A DNA stretch of 64,000 bases from NCBI GenBank assembly GCA_035652975.1, contig DASRCT010000041.1:24379-88378 (forward strand). Reading direction: 5' to 3'. This DNA comes from Bryobacteraceae bacterium. GTDB taxonomy: Bacteria > Acidobacteriota > Terriglobia > Bryobacterales > Bryobacteraceae. Position 1 is the stretch's first letter. Each line of letters starts with the position of its first letter. A program made the position numbers and the translations under genes. The notes beneath the pieces are model-generated. The model made no database searches. It had not been told where the DNA came from and saw nothing but the letters and a program-made list of their open reading frames with translations. Shown here piece after piece: positions 8,868 through 17,863 of this stretch.

Positions 8868-10314
8868 GCCCAGGTCAACGCCGCAGAGGCAGCCGGACAC
8901 CCGCCGCCGCCCGCGGCAAAAGGCGGCTGGATTCGCGATCCTTGCGGCCGTCTACCTGGCCGTGGTCTACCTGATCCCGCGTCCCGCCGCGGTGAAGCCG
9001 GAAGGCTGGCGACTGACGGGAATTTTCATCGCCGTCATTGTTGGCTCCGCGCTCCAGCCGATCCCGGGCGGCGCGCTGGTTCTGATTGCGATCACGCTCT
9101 CTTCGATCTGGGGCGGGCTGAGCATCTCGCAAGCCCTGGCCGGCTACGCGGACGCGACGGTTTGGCTGGTGATGGCAGCGTTCTTCATTTCGCGCGCCTT
9201 GATCAATACCGGTCTTGCGCGGCGCATCGCTTTGTTTTTCGTCAGGCTGTTTGGACAGAGCTCGCTGCGTGTGTGCTACGCGCTCGCCCTTTCGGACGCC
9301 ATTCTGGCGACCGTTATTCCTTCGAACGGCGCGCGATCGGGCGGGGTGATACTGCCTATCGCGCGTTCAATCGCAGAGCTGTACCAGTCCTATCCCGGAC
9401 CCACCGCCGGGCTGATCGGATCGTTTCTGATGACAGCCGTGTATCAGGGAATCTGTATCAGCGCGGCGATGTTCTTCACAGGCCAGGCCAGCAATCCTCT
9501 GGCGGCGCAGATGGCTGCGCCATTCGGCGTTCACGTTACTTGGGCGAGCTGGTTTTTCGCCGGCATCGCGCCGGGGCTGTGTTCTCTGATCGTTGTGCCG
9601 TGGATAGTTCTCCGCTTGAACCGCCCCCAAATCGAGCAGACTCCGGAAGCAGCCGCGTTTGCGCGGCGCGAAATGCAGGCGATGGGTCCGATGAAGAGCA
9701 GCGAGAAAATCCTGAGCGTTGTTTTCGCCTCCGTCTGCGCGCTGTGGGTGACCTCCGGATGGCATGGCATTGACATCACGGTGATCGCGCTCGGCGGCAG
9801 CGTGGCGCTGCTGGTGATGGGAGTACTCGATTGGGAGGATGTCAAGGGCGAGAAGGCGGCTTGGGAGATCTTCATCTGGTATGGCGGTTTGTTGAGGCTG
9901 GGCAGAGCGCTGCATGAAGCGGGCGTCACCACTGCGTTCGCAAATCTGGTGGCATCCACGTTCAGCGGCGCCGGATGGGCGGCGCTTTTTGTGATTGCGC
10001 TGCTGATTTACTTCTACGCGCATTACGCCTTCGCCAGCATCACGGCGCACATGCTGGCCATGTATCCGGCGTTCCTCGCGGCGCTGCTGAGCCAGGGCGC
10101 CCCAGGCGGGCTGGTGGTCTACGCATTCGCCTGCTTCACGAATCTTGCAGCCGGTTTGACAAACTACGGCACCACGCCTTCGCCGATGTATTTCGCCCAG
10201 GGGTACGTTTCGATGAAGACGTGGTGGCGAGTGGGGCTGGTCGCCTCGGTGGTGAATATCGCCATCTGGTCGACGGTCGGGTTCGCTTGGTGGAAGGCGC
10301 TAAAAATCTGGTAG
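8860..10314 (+). CDS. DASS/SLC13-family anion (di/tricarboxylate or sulfate) permease
   Basis: The frame is open from 8578 with no ATG after the upstream gene. The TTG at 8860 is preceded by GGAGAG (8848-8853) and overlaps the CPBP stop. Polytopic, with VIPSNGARSGGVILPIA and TNYGTTPSPMYF hairpin-like motifs typical of DASS transporters. Confidence 0.75.
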   Translation: MPEPRSTPQRQPDTRRRPRQKAAGFAILAAVYLAVVYLIPRPAAVKPEGWRLTGIFIAVIVGSALQPIPGGALVLIAITLSSIWGGLSISQALAGYADATVWLVMAAFFISRALINTGLARRIALFFVRLFGQSSLRVCYALALSDAILATVIPSNGARSGGVILPIARSIAELYQSYPGPTAGLIGSFLMTAVYQGICISAAMFFTGQASNPLAAQMAAPFGVHVTWASWFFAGIAPGLCSLIVVPWIVLRLNRPQIEQTPEAAAFARREMQAMGPMKSSEKILSVVFASVCALWVTSGWHGIDITVIALGGSVALLVMGVLDWEDVKGEKAAWEIFIWYGGLLRLGRALHEAGVTTAFANLVASTFSGAGWAALFVIALLIYFYAHYAFASITAHMLAMYPAFLAALLSQGAPGGLVVYAFACFTNLAAGLTNYGTTPSPMYFAQGYVSMKTWWRVGLVASVVNIAIWSTVGFAWWKALKIW

Positions 10315-10374
10315 CAGCCGGAGAGACGCGAAATGCACACCTTCGCCAGACGCGCTGGCCTGGCCTCCTCCGCG

Positions 10375-11976
10375 CTATTCTTGCGTAGCCTCGGCAAGCT
10401 TGCGCGCCCGCTGCCAGGCCAGCCGCCCTTGCCATTCTTCATACAGCGTTGCGAAGGCTGCCCAGTAGTAACCGGCGACAAACAGGATCAGGAACGGGAT
10501 CGCGAAGAAATTGTAGGTATCGATCGCAAACGCGATCATCGCGGCGAAATAGGTCCCTACCGCGATCTCGATATATGGCAGCCAGCCGCTGCGGCGGCGG
10601 TATTTGGGGACCGCCAGCTTCGTCTTTTCCTCTCCGACCGCGTATTTCGGAGTGCGCGCAAACTCGGTCTTATACCCGAACAGCGCCTCGAGAACGGCTC
10701 GCGCGTTAATAAGCGTCAGCGCGATGCCCGCGGCAATCAGCGCGGGCAGGAAGGCGAAGGCCCGCTTCCACGTCTTCGGAAAAAGCTCGCGGTGGGCGAT
10801 GACATAAAACGCAGAGATCGACCAGAATGACGCCACGATCAACGGCAAATCGATCATCATCATCTGGAACACGCCCATGTAAAACCGCACGATCATTACC
10901 GGCAAAGTCAAAGCGCTCACGATGAGCATGAGCGGATATGAGATGTTCGGGGTCAGGTGGAGAAACGCTTCGAGCTTCGCGCGCCACGGAGCGTTCGAAC
11001 GCAGGATCTCCGGCAGAAGCTTTATTGCGACCTGCGTCAGGCCCTTCGCCCAGCGCGACTGCTGCACCTGGAATCCGTACATCTCCACCGGCAACTCCGA
11101 AGGGCATTCAATATCGGGCAAGTAGACAAATCGCCAGCCTCTGAGCTGCGCCCGGTAGCTGAGGTCGGAATCTTCCGTGAGAGTATCATGTTGCCAGCCG
11201 CCCGCGTCTTCGATCATTGCGCGGCGCAGGATGCCCGCCGTTCCGTTGAAATTGAAGAACAGGCCGTTGCCGAAGCGCGCCGCGTGCTCCAGGACGAAAT
11301 GGCCGTCCAGCAGCATGGCCTGCACTTCTGTCAGCAGGCTGTAGTGTCTGTTGAGATATGTCCAACGCGTCTGGACGACGCCCACGCGGGGGTCAGCGAA
11401 CCAATGAATGGTCCGCATGAGGAAATCGCGCGGAGGCACGAAATCGGCGTCAAAGATGGCGATGAATTCGCCCGTGGCGCTGCGCAGGCCTTCCTGGAGC
11501 GCGCCCGCCTTGAAGCCGCGGCGGTTGGCGCGGTGATGATACTCGATCGGCGCCCCGGCGGCGCGATAGGCAGCCGCCAAACGTTCCGCAAATGCATGCG
11601 TGTCATCCGTCGAATCGTCAAGCACCTGGATTTGCAGCAGGTCGCGCGGGTACTCGATCCGCACCACCTCCTCGATCAGACGCTCCACCACGAAGCGTTC
11701 GTTATAGATCGGCAACTGTATCGTGACGCGCGGCAATGCGTCGAAGCGGCGGGCCGGTTCGGAAGGCAACTTCTTCCGCACCCGCATGTATTCGCGGATG
11801 ATTTCGTAACGGTGCAGTCCGTAGATGGAGAGAATTAACAGCGTGCCGAAGTACGGCAGCAGCAGCGCCCAGTCGAACCATTCAAGGTGATGGATGCCGG
11901 CAAAGGTGTTATCAAACAGCGCGTCGAGTATGCCCGCGCCAGGCGCAGCCAGAATTGCAAATGTGTACGTAAGCAT
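10375..11976 (-). CDS. Membrane-integrated processive family-2 glycosyltransferase (cellulose/chitin/hyaluronan-synthase-like)
   Basis: N-terminal TM helices, then DDSTDDT, FDADF, TEDSDLS and QVQQSRWAKG (the QxxRW motif), then about 5 C-terminal TM helices. No PilZ-like tail is visible. Confidence 0.85.
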   Translation of the reverse strand: MLTYTFAILAAPGAGILDALFDNTFAGIHHLEWFDWALLLPYFGTLLILSIYGLHRYEIIREYMRVRKKLPSEPARRFDALPRVTIQLPIYNERFVVERLIEEVVRIEYPRDLLQIQVLDDSTDDTHAFAERLAAAYRAAGAPIEYHHRANRRGFKAGALQEGLRSATGEFIAIFDADFVPPRDFLMRTIHWFADPRVGVVQTRWTYLNRHYSLLTEVQAMLLDGHFVLEHAARFGNGLFFNFNGTAGILRRAMIEDAGGWQHDTLTEDSDLSYRAQLRGWRFVYLPDIECPSELPVEMYGFQVQQSRWAKGLTQVAIKLLPEILRSNAPWRAKLEAFLHLTPNISYPLMLIVSALTLPVMIVRFYMGVFQMMMIDLPLIVASFWSISAFYVIAHRELFPKTWKRAFAFLPALIAAGIALTLINARAVLEALFGYKTEFARTPKYAVGEEKTKLAVPKYRRRSGWLPYIEIAVGTYFAAMIAFAIDTYNFFAIPFLILFVAGYYWAAFATLYEEWQGRLAWQRARKLAEATQE

Positions 11977-12135
11977 GTCTGGCGCCGCGTACCGCGCCGA
12001 ATCGGATACACCTCAAAGCCTTTTCAATTTTATCCTGTTTTCCACGAATGATAGCGGCGCAGCGGCGGATTTCTTATTTCTTTCGTGCGCTGGCTTGCGG
12101 AACGATCCGTCACGCAATTTTAACGCCGGGCTATA

Positions 12136-12534
12136 ATGCCCGCAATGGCGAGACAGAACTACTCGAGCGGCGCGCCATGGGAGCCGGTGGTAGGTTATTC
12201 GCGCGCGGTGCGCGTTGGTTCACAGATTTTCGTAACGGGCACGACGGCGACGGATGCCAGCGGCAGGGTGGTGGGCGTGGGCGATCCGTACGCGCAGACA
12301 GTGCAGGCGCTGTGCAATATCCAGTCGGTTCTGGCAAAGGCTGGCGCTGAGATGCGGCACGTGGTCCGGACGCGCATTTTCGTCACGGATATTTCGCGCT
12401 GGCGAGAAATCGGCAAGGCGCACAACGAAGCCTTCCATGACATCCGTCCGGCGGCGACCATGGTGGAAGTCAGCCGGCTGATCGATCCGGACATGCTGGT
12501 CGAAATTGAGGCGGATGCGGTAGTGGAGGATTGA
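12136..12534 (+). CDS. RidA/YjgF/TdcF-family (endoribonuclease L-PSP fold) protein
   Basis: YSRAVRVGSQIFVTGTTA...YAQTVQALCNIQSVLAKAGAEMRHVVRTRIFVTD...PAATMVEV..L....LVEIEADAV. An alternative ATG lies at 12145. Confidence 0.85.
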   Translation: MPAMARQNYSSGAPWEPVVGYSRAVRVGSQIFVTGTTATDASGRVVGVGDPYAQTVQALCNIQSVLAKAGAEMRHVVRTRIFVTDISRWREIGKAHNEAFHDIRPAATMVEVSRLIDPDMLVEIEADAVVED

Positions 12535-12550
12535 GTTCGCAATTGCGCTT

Positions 12551-12949
12551 TCAGGCAGTCACTTTCGGCGGCGCTTCGGCGATCAGCTTCTGAACCTTCA
12601 TCAGCAACTGGACCTCACGGCGGGACATCGCCAAGGCTGCGGCAATCCGCTCAGGGGCCTCTCCGCGGCGCACCATTCGCAGCGCCTGCGTTCGCTTGGT
12701 GATATTGATGCTGCGGGGCGGCTGCAGCGCACCCTTTGCGGCGGCCGATGCAGCGACCTCTCCTTCGAGCTCCGACAAGCGCGCCTGAAGCTTCCGCAAC
12801 TCTTCGGCGAGGCGATCGCGGTCGAGAGCCGATTCACGACGCCATGCGTCCAGGGCGCGCTTGAGCGTGAAGAACAGGTAAATGCACGCCAACAGCGCGG
12901 CGGCCACAGCCGCACAGCCCGCGACGGGAATTAGAATGCGTTCGAGCAT
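12551..12949 (-). CDS. Flagellar-locus membrane/coiled-coil protein with a DUF2802-like HTH tail
   Basis: An N-terminal TM helix, a coiled-coil (LAEELRKLQARLSELEGE) and the C-terminus ALRMVRRGEAPERIAAALAMSRREVQLLMKVQKL. It is the last gene of the minus-strand flagellar operon. Confidence 0.5.
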   Translation of the reverse strand: MLERILIPVAGCAAVAAALLACIYLFFTLKRALDAWRRESALDRDRLAEELRKLQARLSELEGEVAASAAAKGALQPPRSINITKRTQALRMVRRGEAPERIAAALAMSRREVQLLMKVQKLIAEAPPKVTA

Positions 12950-12955
12950 GGCGGC

Positions 12956-13777
12956 TCAGTACAGAGTCCTTAACCGTTCCTGCCGGCTGACGACTTCCTG
13001 GATGCGCACGCCGAAGTTGCCGTCGACCACCACCACTTCCCCCCTGGCGATCACGCAGTTGTTCACGATAATTTCAACCGGCTCGTTGATCGTGCGGTTC
13101 AGCTCGATGATGGATCCGGTCGTCAGCTTGATCGCTTCTTTCAACGTGACCTGCGATCGCCCAAACGATACGCTTACCGGCAGCTCCACATCCAGAATCA
13201 GATCAAGCTTGTTGACATCGGCGGTTTGCGCCTGCGGTCGCGCGAGCGCCGCCGGGCGGCGTTGCGGCTCCGGATCGGCGTTTTGCGGCATCGCGCGGTC
13301 GCCCACAATCGCCGCGAGACGGTCCTCAAAAGCCACGCGCGCCCGCGCTTGAGCGTCCGGTCCCAGTGCGACGTCGAGCGCGACCCAGTTCAGGCCCTCT
13401 GGCGGGGACTCGCGTTCCGCGCCATCGCCGCACGCAATTTCCGACTGTATCCGGACCGAGATGGCCCGCGCGAGAGCCGCAAACGTCTGGTTCAGGATTT
13501 CAACGAAAGTGCTCTTCGCCGTGACCCGATCAGGGCTGTCGATTCCCGCGGCGCCGAGCGTCTTGGCGCCGATATCGATCCACGCGTTCTCCGGAGCGGC
13601 GAGCCACGCTGAAGCGCCGATGCTGAATGGCTGCTGCCAAAACCGGTCTCCGTCCGGGCGGTCCGGCGCGGACCGGCTGATCGTGGGTCGTTCACCCCAC
13701 ATGCCCTCCAGAGCCAGTGCAAGTCCGGAAGCGAACTCATCCGCCAGCCATTGACGGCCTTCTTCCACGCTGCTCAT
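12956..13777 (-). CDS. Flagellar motor switch protein, FliY-like (CheC-like N-terminal domain + FliN/SpoA C-terminal domain)
   Basis: The C-terminal 85 aa are a classical SpoA/FliN domain (LDVELPVSVSFGRSQVTLKEAIKLTTGSIIELNRTINEPVEIIVNNCVIARGEVVVVDGNFGVRI). The N-terminal approximately 170 aa carry an S-x3-E-x2-N motif. Confidence 0.8.
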   Translation of the reverse strand: MSSVEEGRQWLADEFASGLALALEGMWGERPTISRSAPDRPDGDRFWQQPFSIGASAWLAAPENAWIDIGAKTLGAAGIDSPDRVTAKSTFVEILNQTFAALARAISVRIQSEIACGDGAERESPPEGLNWVALDVALGPDAQARARVAFEDRLAAIVGDRAMPQNADPEPQRRPAALARPQAQTADVNKLDLILDVELPVSVSFGRSQVTLKEAIKLTTGSIIELNRTINEPVEIIVNNCVIARGEVVVVDGNFGVRIQEVVSRQERLRTLY

Positions 13778-13805
13778 CGCTGTCCAGCTCCATTTCGCGA
13801 GCGCA

Positions 13806-14591
13806 TCACACGCCCCGCTCGCAAGGCCAGCGCTTCTCGATATACGCCCGGAGACGCATGATGGCTTGCGATTTCAACTGCGAAATCCGTGATTCATGAA
13901 GGTTGACGATCCGCGATATCTCGCGCAGGGTCAGCTCCTCGTAGTAATACAGGCTCAGCACGGTGCGTTCAATGTGCGGCATCTTGTCGATCGCCTCCGC
14001 CAGCAGTCGTTCCAGTTCAGCGCGCTCCAACAGGCGGGATGGCCATGCCTCTTCATCATCGGAGACATACTTGAGCAGGTTGCGCGAGTCGTCCTCTCCT
14101 GAAGTTGACTCGAGGCTGCCGATGTTGACGCCGCGCGTTTCAACCAGCCAATCGTGATATTCCTCGATGCTCAGGTCGAGCTCAGCGGCGATCTCCTCCT
14201 CCGAAGGAGCGCGCTGGAGCCGCTGTTCGACGGCGGCAATGGCCGCCTCAATTTGCTTGGTGCGCTTTCTCTGCTGCCGCGGCGCCCAGTCCAGACCGCG
14301 CAGGCTGTCCAAAATCGCGCCCCGGATCTTATACTCGGCGTAGGTTTTGAGCTTAACGTTCTGAGTCGGATCAAAGCGATCTACAGCGGAGATCAGGCCG
14401 AGTATCCCGGTCGAGACGAGATCCTCAAGGCTCACGCTTTCCGGCAGGCGTTCATGGATCCGGCGGGCGATCAGACGAACCTGCGGCAGATGCTCGAGGA
14501 TCACCTGTTCCCGCTCCTCGGGGGAGAGAGCTCCCGCCTGATATGGGTTCGCAGCGGCGGCTGTGTTCTCGTCGATCATGTCGTAGGTCAT
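13806..14591 (-). CDS. fliA: Flagellar RNA polymerase sigma factor FliA (sigma-28 / WhiG family)
   Basis: Sigma-70 regions 2, 3 and 4 are present (DLVSTGILGLISAVDRFDP...KTYAEYKIRGAILD...EELTLREISRIVNLHESRISQLKSQA). I preferred the ATG at 14591 because it forms an ATGA overlap with the flhF stop. The ORF is open to 14606. Confidence 0.9.
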   Translation of the reverse strand: MTYDMIDENTAAAANPYQAGALSPEEREQVILEHLPQVRLIARRIHERLPESVSLEDLVSTGILGLISAVDRFDPTQNVKLKTYAEYKIRGAILDSLRGLDWAPRQQRKRTKQIEAAIAAVEQRLQRAPSEEEIAAELDLSIEEYHDWLVETRGVNIGSLESTSGEDDSRNLLKYVSDDEEAWPSRLLERAELERLLAEAIDKMPHIERTVLSLYYYEELTLREISRIVNLHESRISQLKSQAIMRLRAYIEKRWPCERGV

Positions 14592-15694
14592 CCAGCGATT
14601 GCGCATGTGTTCTTCTCGGACGCCAACAGCGGGCCGAATACGAGTTCGGCGATGCGGCTGCGCGTTGCGGGCTCAAGATCCTCGGGAATCTGCTGCCCGC
14701 CGCTGAGGAATGACACCGGCTTGCCGGTCGTGCGGGGCAGGCTGACCAACGGTCCGTGCGATCCGGTCTCATCGAGCTTCGTGAAGATGAGCTTGCCGGG
14801 CCTGAAGCGCCTGTACTGTTCGAAGGCGCGCTCCATGTCGGCGATGCGCATTGAAGCCGGCAGAACCAGATGTACGTCGATATCGGGGTGGCTTGAAAGA
14901 AACTCCGCTATATCGGCGGCGTCGTCCAAATCGCTCCCGGCTAGGCCGGCCGTATCGATGAGGATCAGTTGTTTAGGAGATCCCTGCTCGAGCGCCTGCG
15001 CCAGCGCAAAGCCCGTTTCGACCGATTCAAAGCCGACGCCGAGAATGGCGGCGTAAGAGCGCAACTGTTCGGCGGCGGCGATCCGGAATACGTCAGTGGA
15101 GATAATTCGCGCCGGGCGGCAGGCCGCAACGCCATAGATCGTCGCAAGCTTCACCAGGGTTGTGGTTTTGCCGGCGCCGGGCGGACCCACAAAGGCGGCG
15201 ACGGTTCGTTCTACGTCGGGCCGCCCCAGCGTGGCGTCGACATGAATGAAATCGAGCAGGGCGGGCCCCAGACTCTCTTGCGCATTCTGTGCGCGGCTGG
15301 CGATCTCGCCGGCTACTGACCGGCTCATGTCGGCTTCAACCAGCGCGTCGAGAATGCGGGCCGCGTCTGCATTGGGCGGATCCGCACTCCACCCCGGGCG
15401 TGGATGCACGACCGCTCCGGCCAGCGTTTCCATCTGCTTTTTGAGGTGTGCAATATCGGCCGAGAGCCGCGCCACCATCTCATCGCGCGATGGCGTCCCC
15501 CGGTTCTCGCCGTCGGCTGGCGCGGCCGCAGCCGGCTGCGAGGCTACGGCGAACACAACTTCGTATTCGCCAAGATATCGCGTATCGGCGGTGGCTCTCC
15601 GCGACTGAACGAGCATGGCGTCCGGACCAAGCTCCTGACGCGCAAGCGCCATCGCGGCTTCTACCGTACCAGCAAAATAAGACTTCAATCGCAT
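14588..15694 (-). CDS. flhF: Flagellar biosynthesis SRP-type GTPase FlhF
   Basis: FVGPPGAGKTTTLVKLA (G1), LIDTAG (G3), TKLDE (G4), and its position between flhA and fliA. Confidence 0.9.
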   Translation of the reverse strand: MRLKSYFAGTVEAAMALARQELGPDAMLVQSRRATADTRYLGEYEVVFAVASQPAAAAPADGENRGTPSRDEMVARLSADIAHLKKQMETLAGAVVHPRPGWSADPPNADAARILDALVEADMSRSVAGEIASRAQNAQESLGPALLDFIHVDATLGRPDVERTVAAFVGPPGAGKTTTLVKLATIYGVAACRPARIISTDVFRIAAAEQLRSYAAILGVGFESVETGFALAQALEQGSPKQLILIDTAGLAGSDLDDAADIAEFLSSHPDIDVHLVLPASMRIADMERAFEQYRRFRPGKLIFTKLDETGSHGPLVSLPRTTGKPVSFLSGGQQIPEDLEPATRSRIAELVFGPLLASEKNTCAIAG

Positions 15695-15706
15695 CCGATT
15701 TCCTCG

Positions 15707-17860
15707 TTACTGAATCACTCCCAGCGACAACGCCTTCACGCCGGCCGGAATCTCGTTGTGCGACAGCGCCATCAAGTTCGGAATCGTGGGCTCCACGATC
15801 TGCCGCAGGAAATATCTCGATGCTGCTCCCGTCAGCACCACCATAGGCCCGTCCGGAGAGCCAACAGCGCGCGACAGCCGGTCCGTGATCTCCCGCACCC
15901 GCTGGGGCGACAGATTGAGATGACTTGTGTGCTCGCCATGCTCCACGCCGGACTCGATCATCTGTTCGAGCGAAGGGTCCAGAAAGAACGCAGGCAGGTC
16001 GCCTGACGCATTCAGATAGGGCTTCACCACTAACCGCCGGATCGCCTGGCGCACATATTCGGTCAGCAGCACGGAATTCCGGGTCATGGTTGCGGCCTCG
16101 CCAAGCGCTTCCAAAATGGTCGCCGAGTCCCGAATTGAAACCCGCTCGCGCAGCAAATTCTGTAAAACCTTCTGCACAACGGAGAGGGGCAGCAATTTCG
16201 GAACCAAATCTTCGACAACTTTGGGATTGTCTTCAGCGACCCGATCGAGCAGCTTTTTGGCGTCCTGCCGCGAGAACAGCTCGTGCGCATGCTTCCGAAT
16301 AATTTCCGCCAGATGCGTGCCCAACACGCTGACGCCGTCAACGACGGTGAAGCCGGCGGCCCGCGCCGCGTCGGCGCGCTCGGAAGGGATCCACACCGCG
16401 GGAATGCCAAAGGCCGGCTCGCGCGTAGCAATGCCATCGATCGCCGTCCCGGGCTTGCCCGCATGGATTGCGAGCTCGTAGCCTTGCGGGATTTCATAGC
16501 GCGCCAGCTCTACTCCCTTGAGCAGGATTACGTACTCCCGAACCTTCAACGAAAGGTTGTCCGTGACCCGCACGGGCGGAAGCAGGTATCCCAGATCCGA
16601 GGCGAGCTGGCGGCGAATGCCGGCGATTCGCCGCAGCAGCGGAGAATTCTGGCCGCCCTCGACCATGCGAACCAGTCCCAATCCGACTTCGACGGCCAGC
16701 GGATCGACGCGCAAGAGCGCTTCGACGTTCTCTTTGGGCGGCTGCGCGGCGGTCGCCGGCGTCATATTTTCGACAGCGGCGGTTTTTTGGCGCATACGCC
16801 AGGCCATCGCTCCCAGGCTTCCGCCAATCAGAAGGAACGGAATCTTCGGCAAGCCCGGAAACGCCGCCATGGCGATCAGCACGCCCGAGGCGAGCAGCAG
16901 CGGCTGCGCGTTCGCAAACACTTGCTTTCGTACGTCGGCGCCAAGCTTGGCGTCCGAACTGGCGCGCGTGACAATCAGGCCGCCCGAAACCGAAATCATC
17001 AGCGCCGGAATCACCGTCACAAGTCCATCGCCGATGGTCAGCACCGTGTATGTCGCCAGCGCGCGTTTCAATTCGAGACCGTGCTGGAGCACGCCAATGA
17101 GAAATCCGGCGATAATGTTGATCGTTGTGATAATGATGCTGGCCACTGCGTCGCGTTGGGTGAAACGTGACGCGCCGTCCATTGCGCCGTAAAATTCGGC
17201 TTCGGCGGCCAGCGCTTTCCGGCGGGCGCGGGCCTCGGCCTCGTCAATGAGTCCGGCGTTGAGGTCTGAATCGATGGACATCTGCTTGCCGGGCATTGCA
17301 TCCAGTGTGAATCGTGCCGTGACCTCCGAAATTCGCACGGCGCCGTGGTTGATCACGACATACTGAATCGCGATCAGCACCAGGAAAATGACCACGCCGA
17401 TGATGTAGTTGCCGCCCACCACGAAATTTCCGAAGGCTTCAATCACATCGCCCGCCGCGGCCGTTCCCGTGTTGCCGTTGAGCAGGATGAGGCGGGATGA
17501 GGAGATGTTCAGCGCCAGCCGAAACAGAGTCATCAACAGGAGCGTGGTGGGAAATACGCTGAACTCGACTGGCCGCGTAATATACATCGAGACCAGGAGC
17601 ACCACGACGGACAGCGTGATATTGGCGCTGATCAGCACGTCCAGCAGGAACGACGGCATCGGCGCGATCATGGCCAGTACGATTCCGAGCACAGCCAGGG
17701 GAACGGCGAAATCGCCCAGTTTCGATAACGGCGCGGCCATGACGCCGCCGCCGGCCAGGGGCGTGGATTTCTTTGCCGGCGGACGCGCCGCGGGCGGCAT
17801 CAACCCAGGCGTTGAGCCTGAGGCGGGCGCTATCTGGGGAGTGCTGGAGGCCATCGTCAA
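15707..17860 (-). CDS. flhA: Flagellar type III export apparatus protein FlhA
   Basis: 717 aa. It has the FHIPEP signature region (RFTLDAMPGKQMSIDSDLNAGLIDE...FYGAMDGASRFTQRDAVA) and a large cytoplasmic C-domain. Confidence 0.95.
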   Translation of the reverse strand: MTMASSTPQIAPASGSTPGLMPPAARPPAKKSTPLAGGGVMAAPLSKLGDFAVPLAVLGIVLAMIAPMPSFLLDVLISANITLSVVVLLVSMYITRPVEFSVFPTTLLLMTLFRLALNISSSRLILLNGNTGTAAAGDVIEAFGNFVVGGNYIIGVVIFLVLIAIQYVVINHGAVRISEVTARFTLDAMPGKQMSIDSDLNAGLIDEAEARARRKALAAEAEFYGAMDGASRFTQRDAVASIIITTINIIAGFLIGVLQHGLELKRALATYTVLTIGDGLVTVIPALMISVSGGLIVTRASSDAKLGADVRKQVFANAQPLLLASGVLIAMAAFPGLPKIPFLLIGGSLGAMAWRMRQKTAAVENMTPATAAQPPKENVEALLRVDPLAVEVGLGLVRMVEGGQNSPLLRRIAGIRRQLASDLGYLLPPVRVTDNLSLKVREYVILLKGVELARYEIPQGYELAIHAGKPGTAIDGIATREPAFGIPAVWIPSERADAARAAGFTVVDGVSVLGTHLAEIIRKHAHELFSRQDAKKLLDRVAEDNPKVVEDLVPKLLPLSVVQKVLQNLLRERVSIRDSATILEALGEAATMTRNSVLLTEYVRQAIRRLVVKPYLNASGDLPAFFLDPSLEQMIESGVEHGEHTSHLNLSPQRVREITDRLSRAVGSPDGPMVVLTGAASRYFLRQIVEPTIPNLMALSHNEIPAGVKALSLGVIQ

Positions 17861-17863
17861 ATC

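Noticed and set aside
8213-8974. 253-aa plus-strand alternative-frame ORF across the CPBP/DASS junction
   Set aside because: It is out of frame with two genes that have clear membrane-protein signatures, and its translation is Arg/Gly/Pro-rich.
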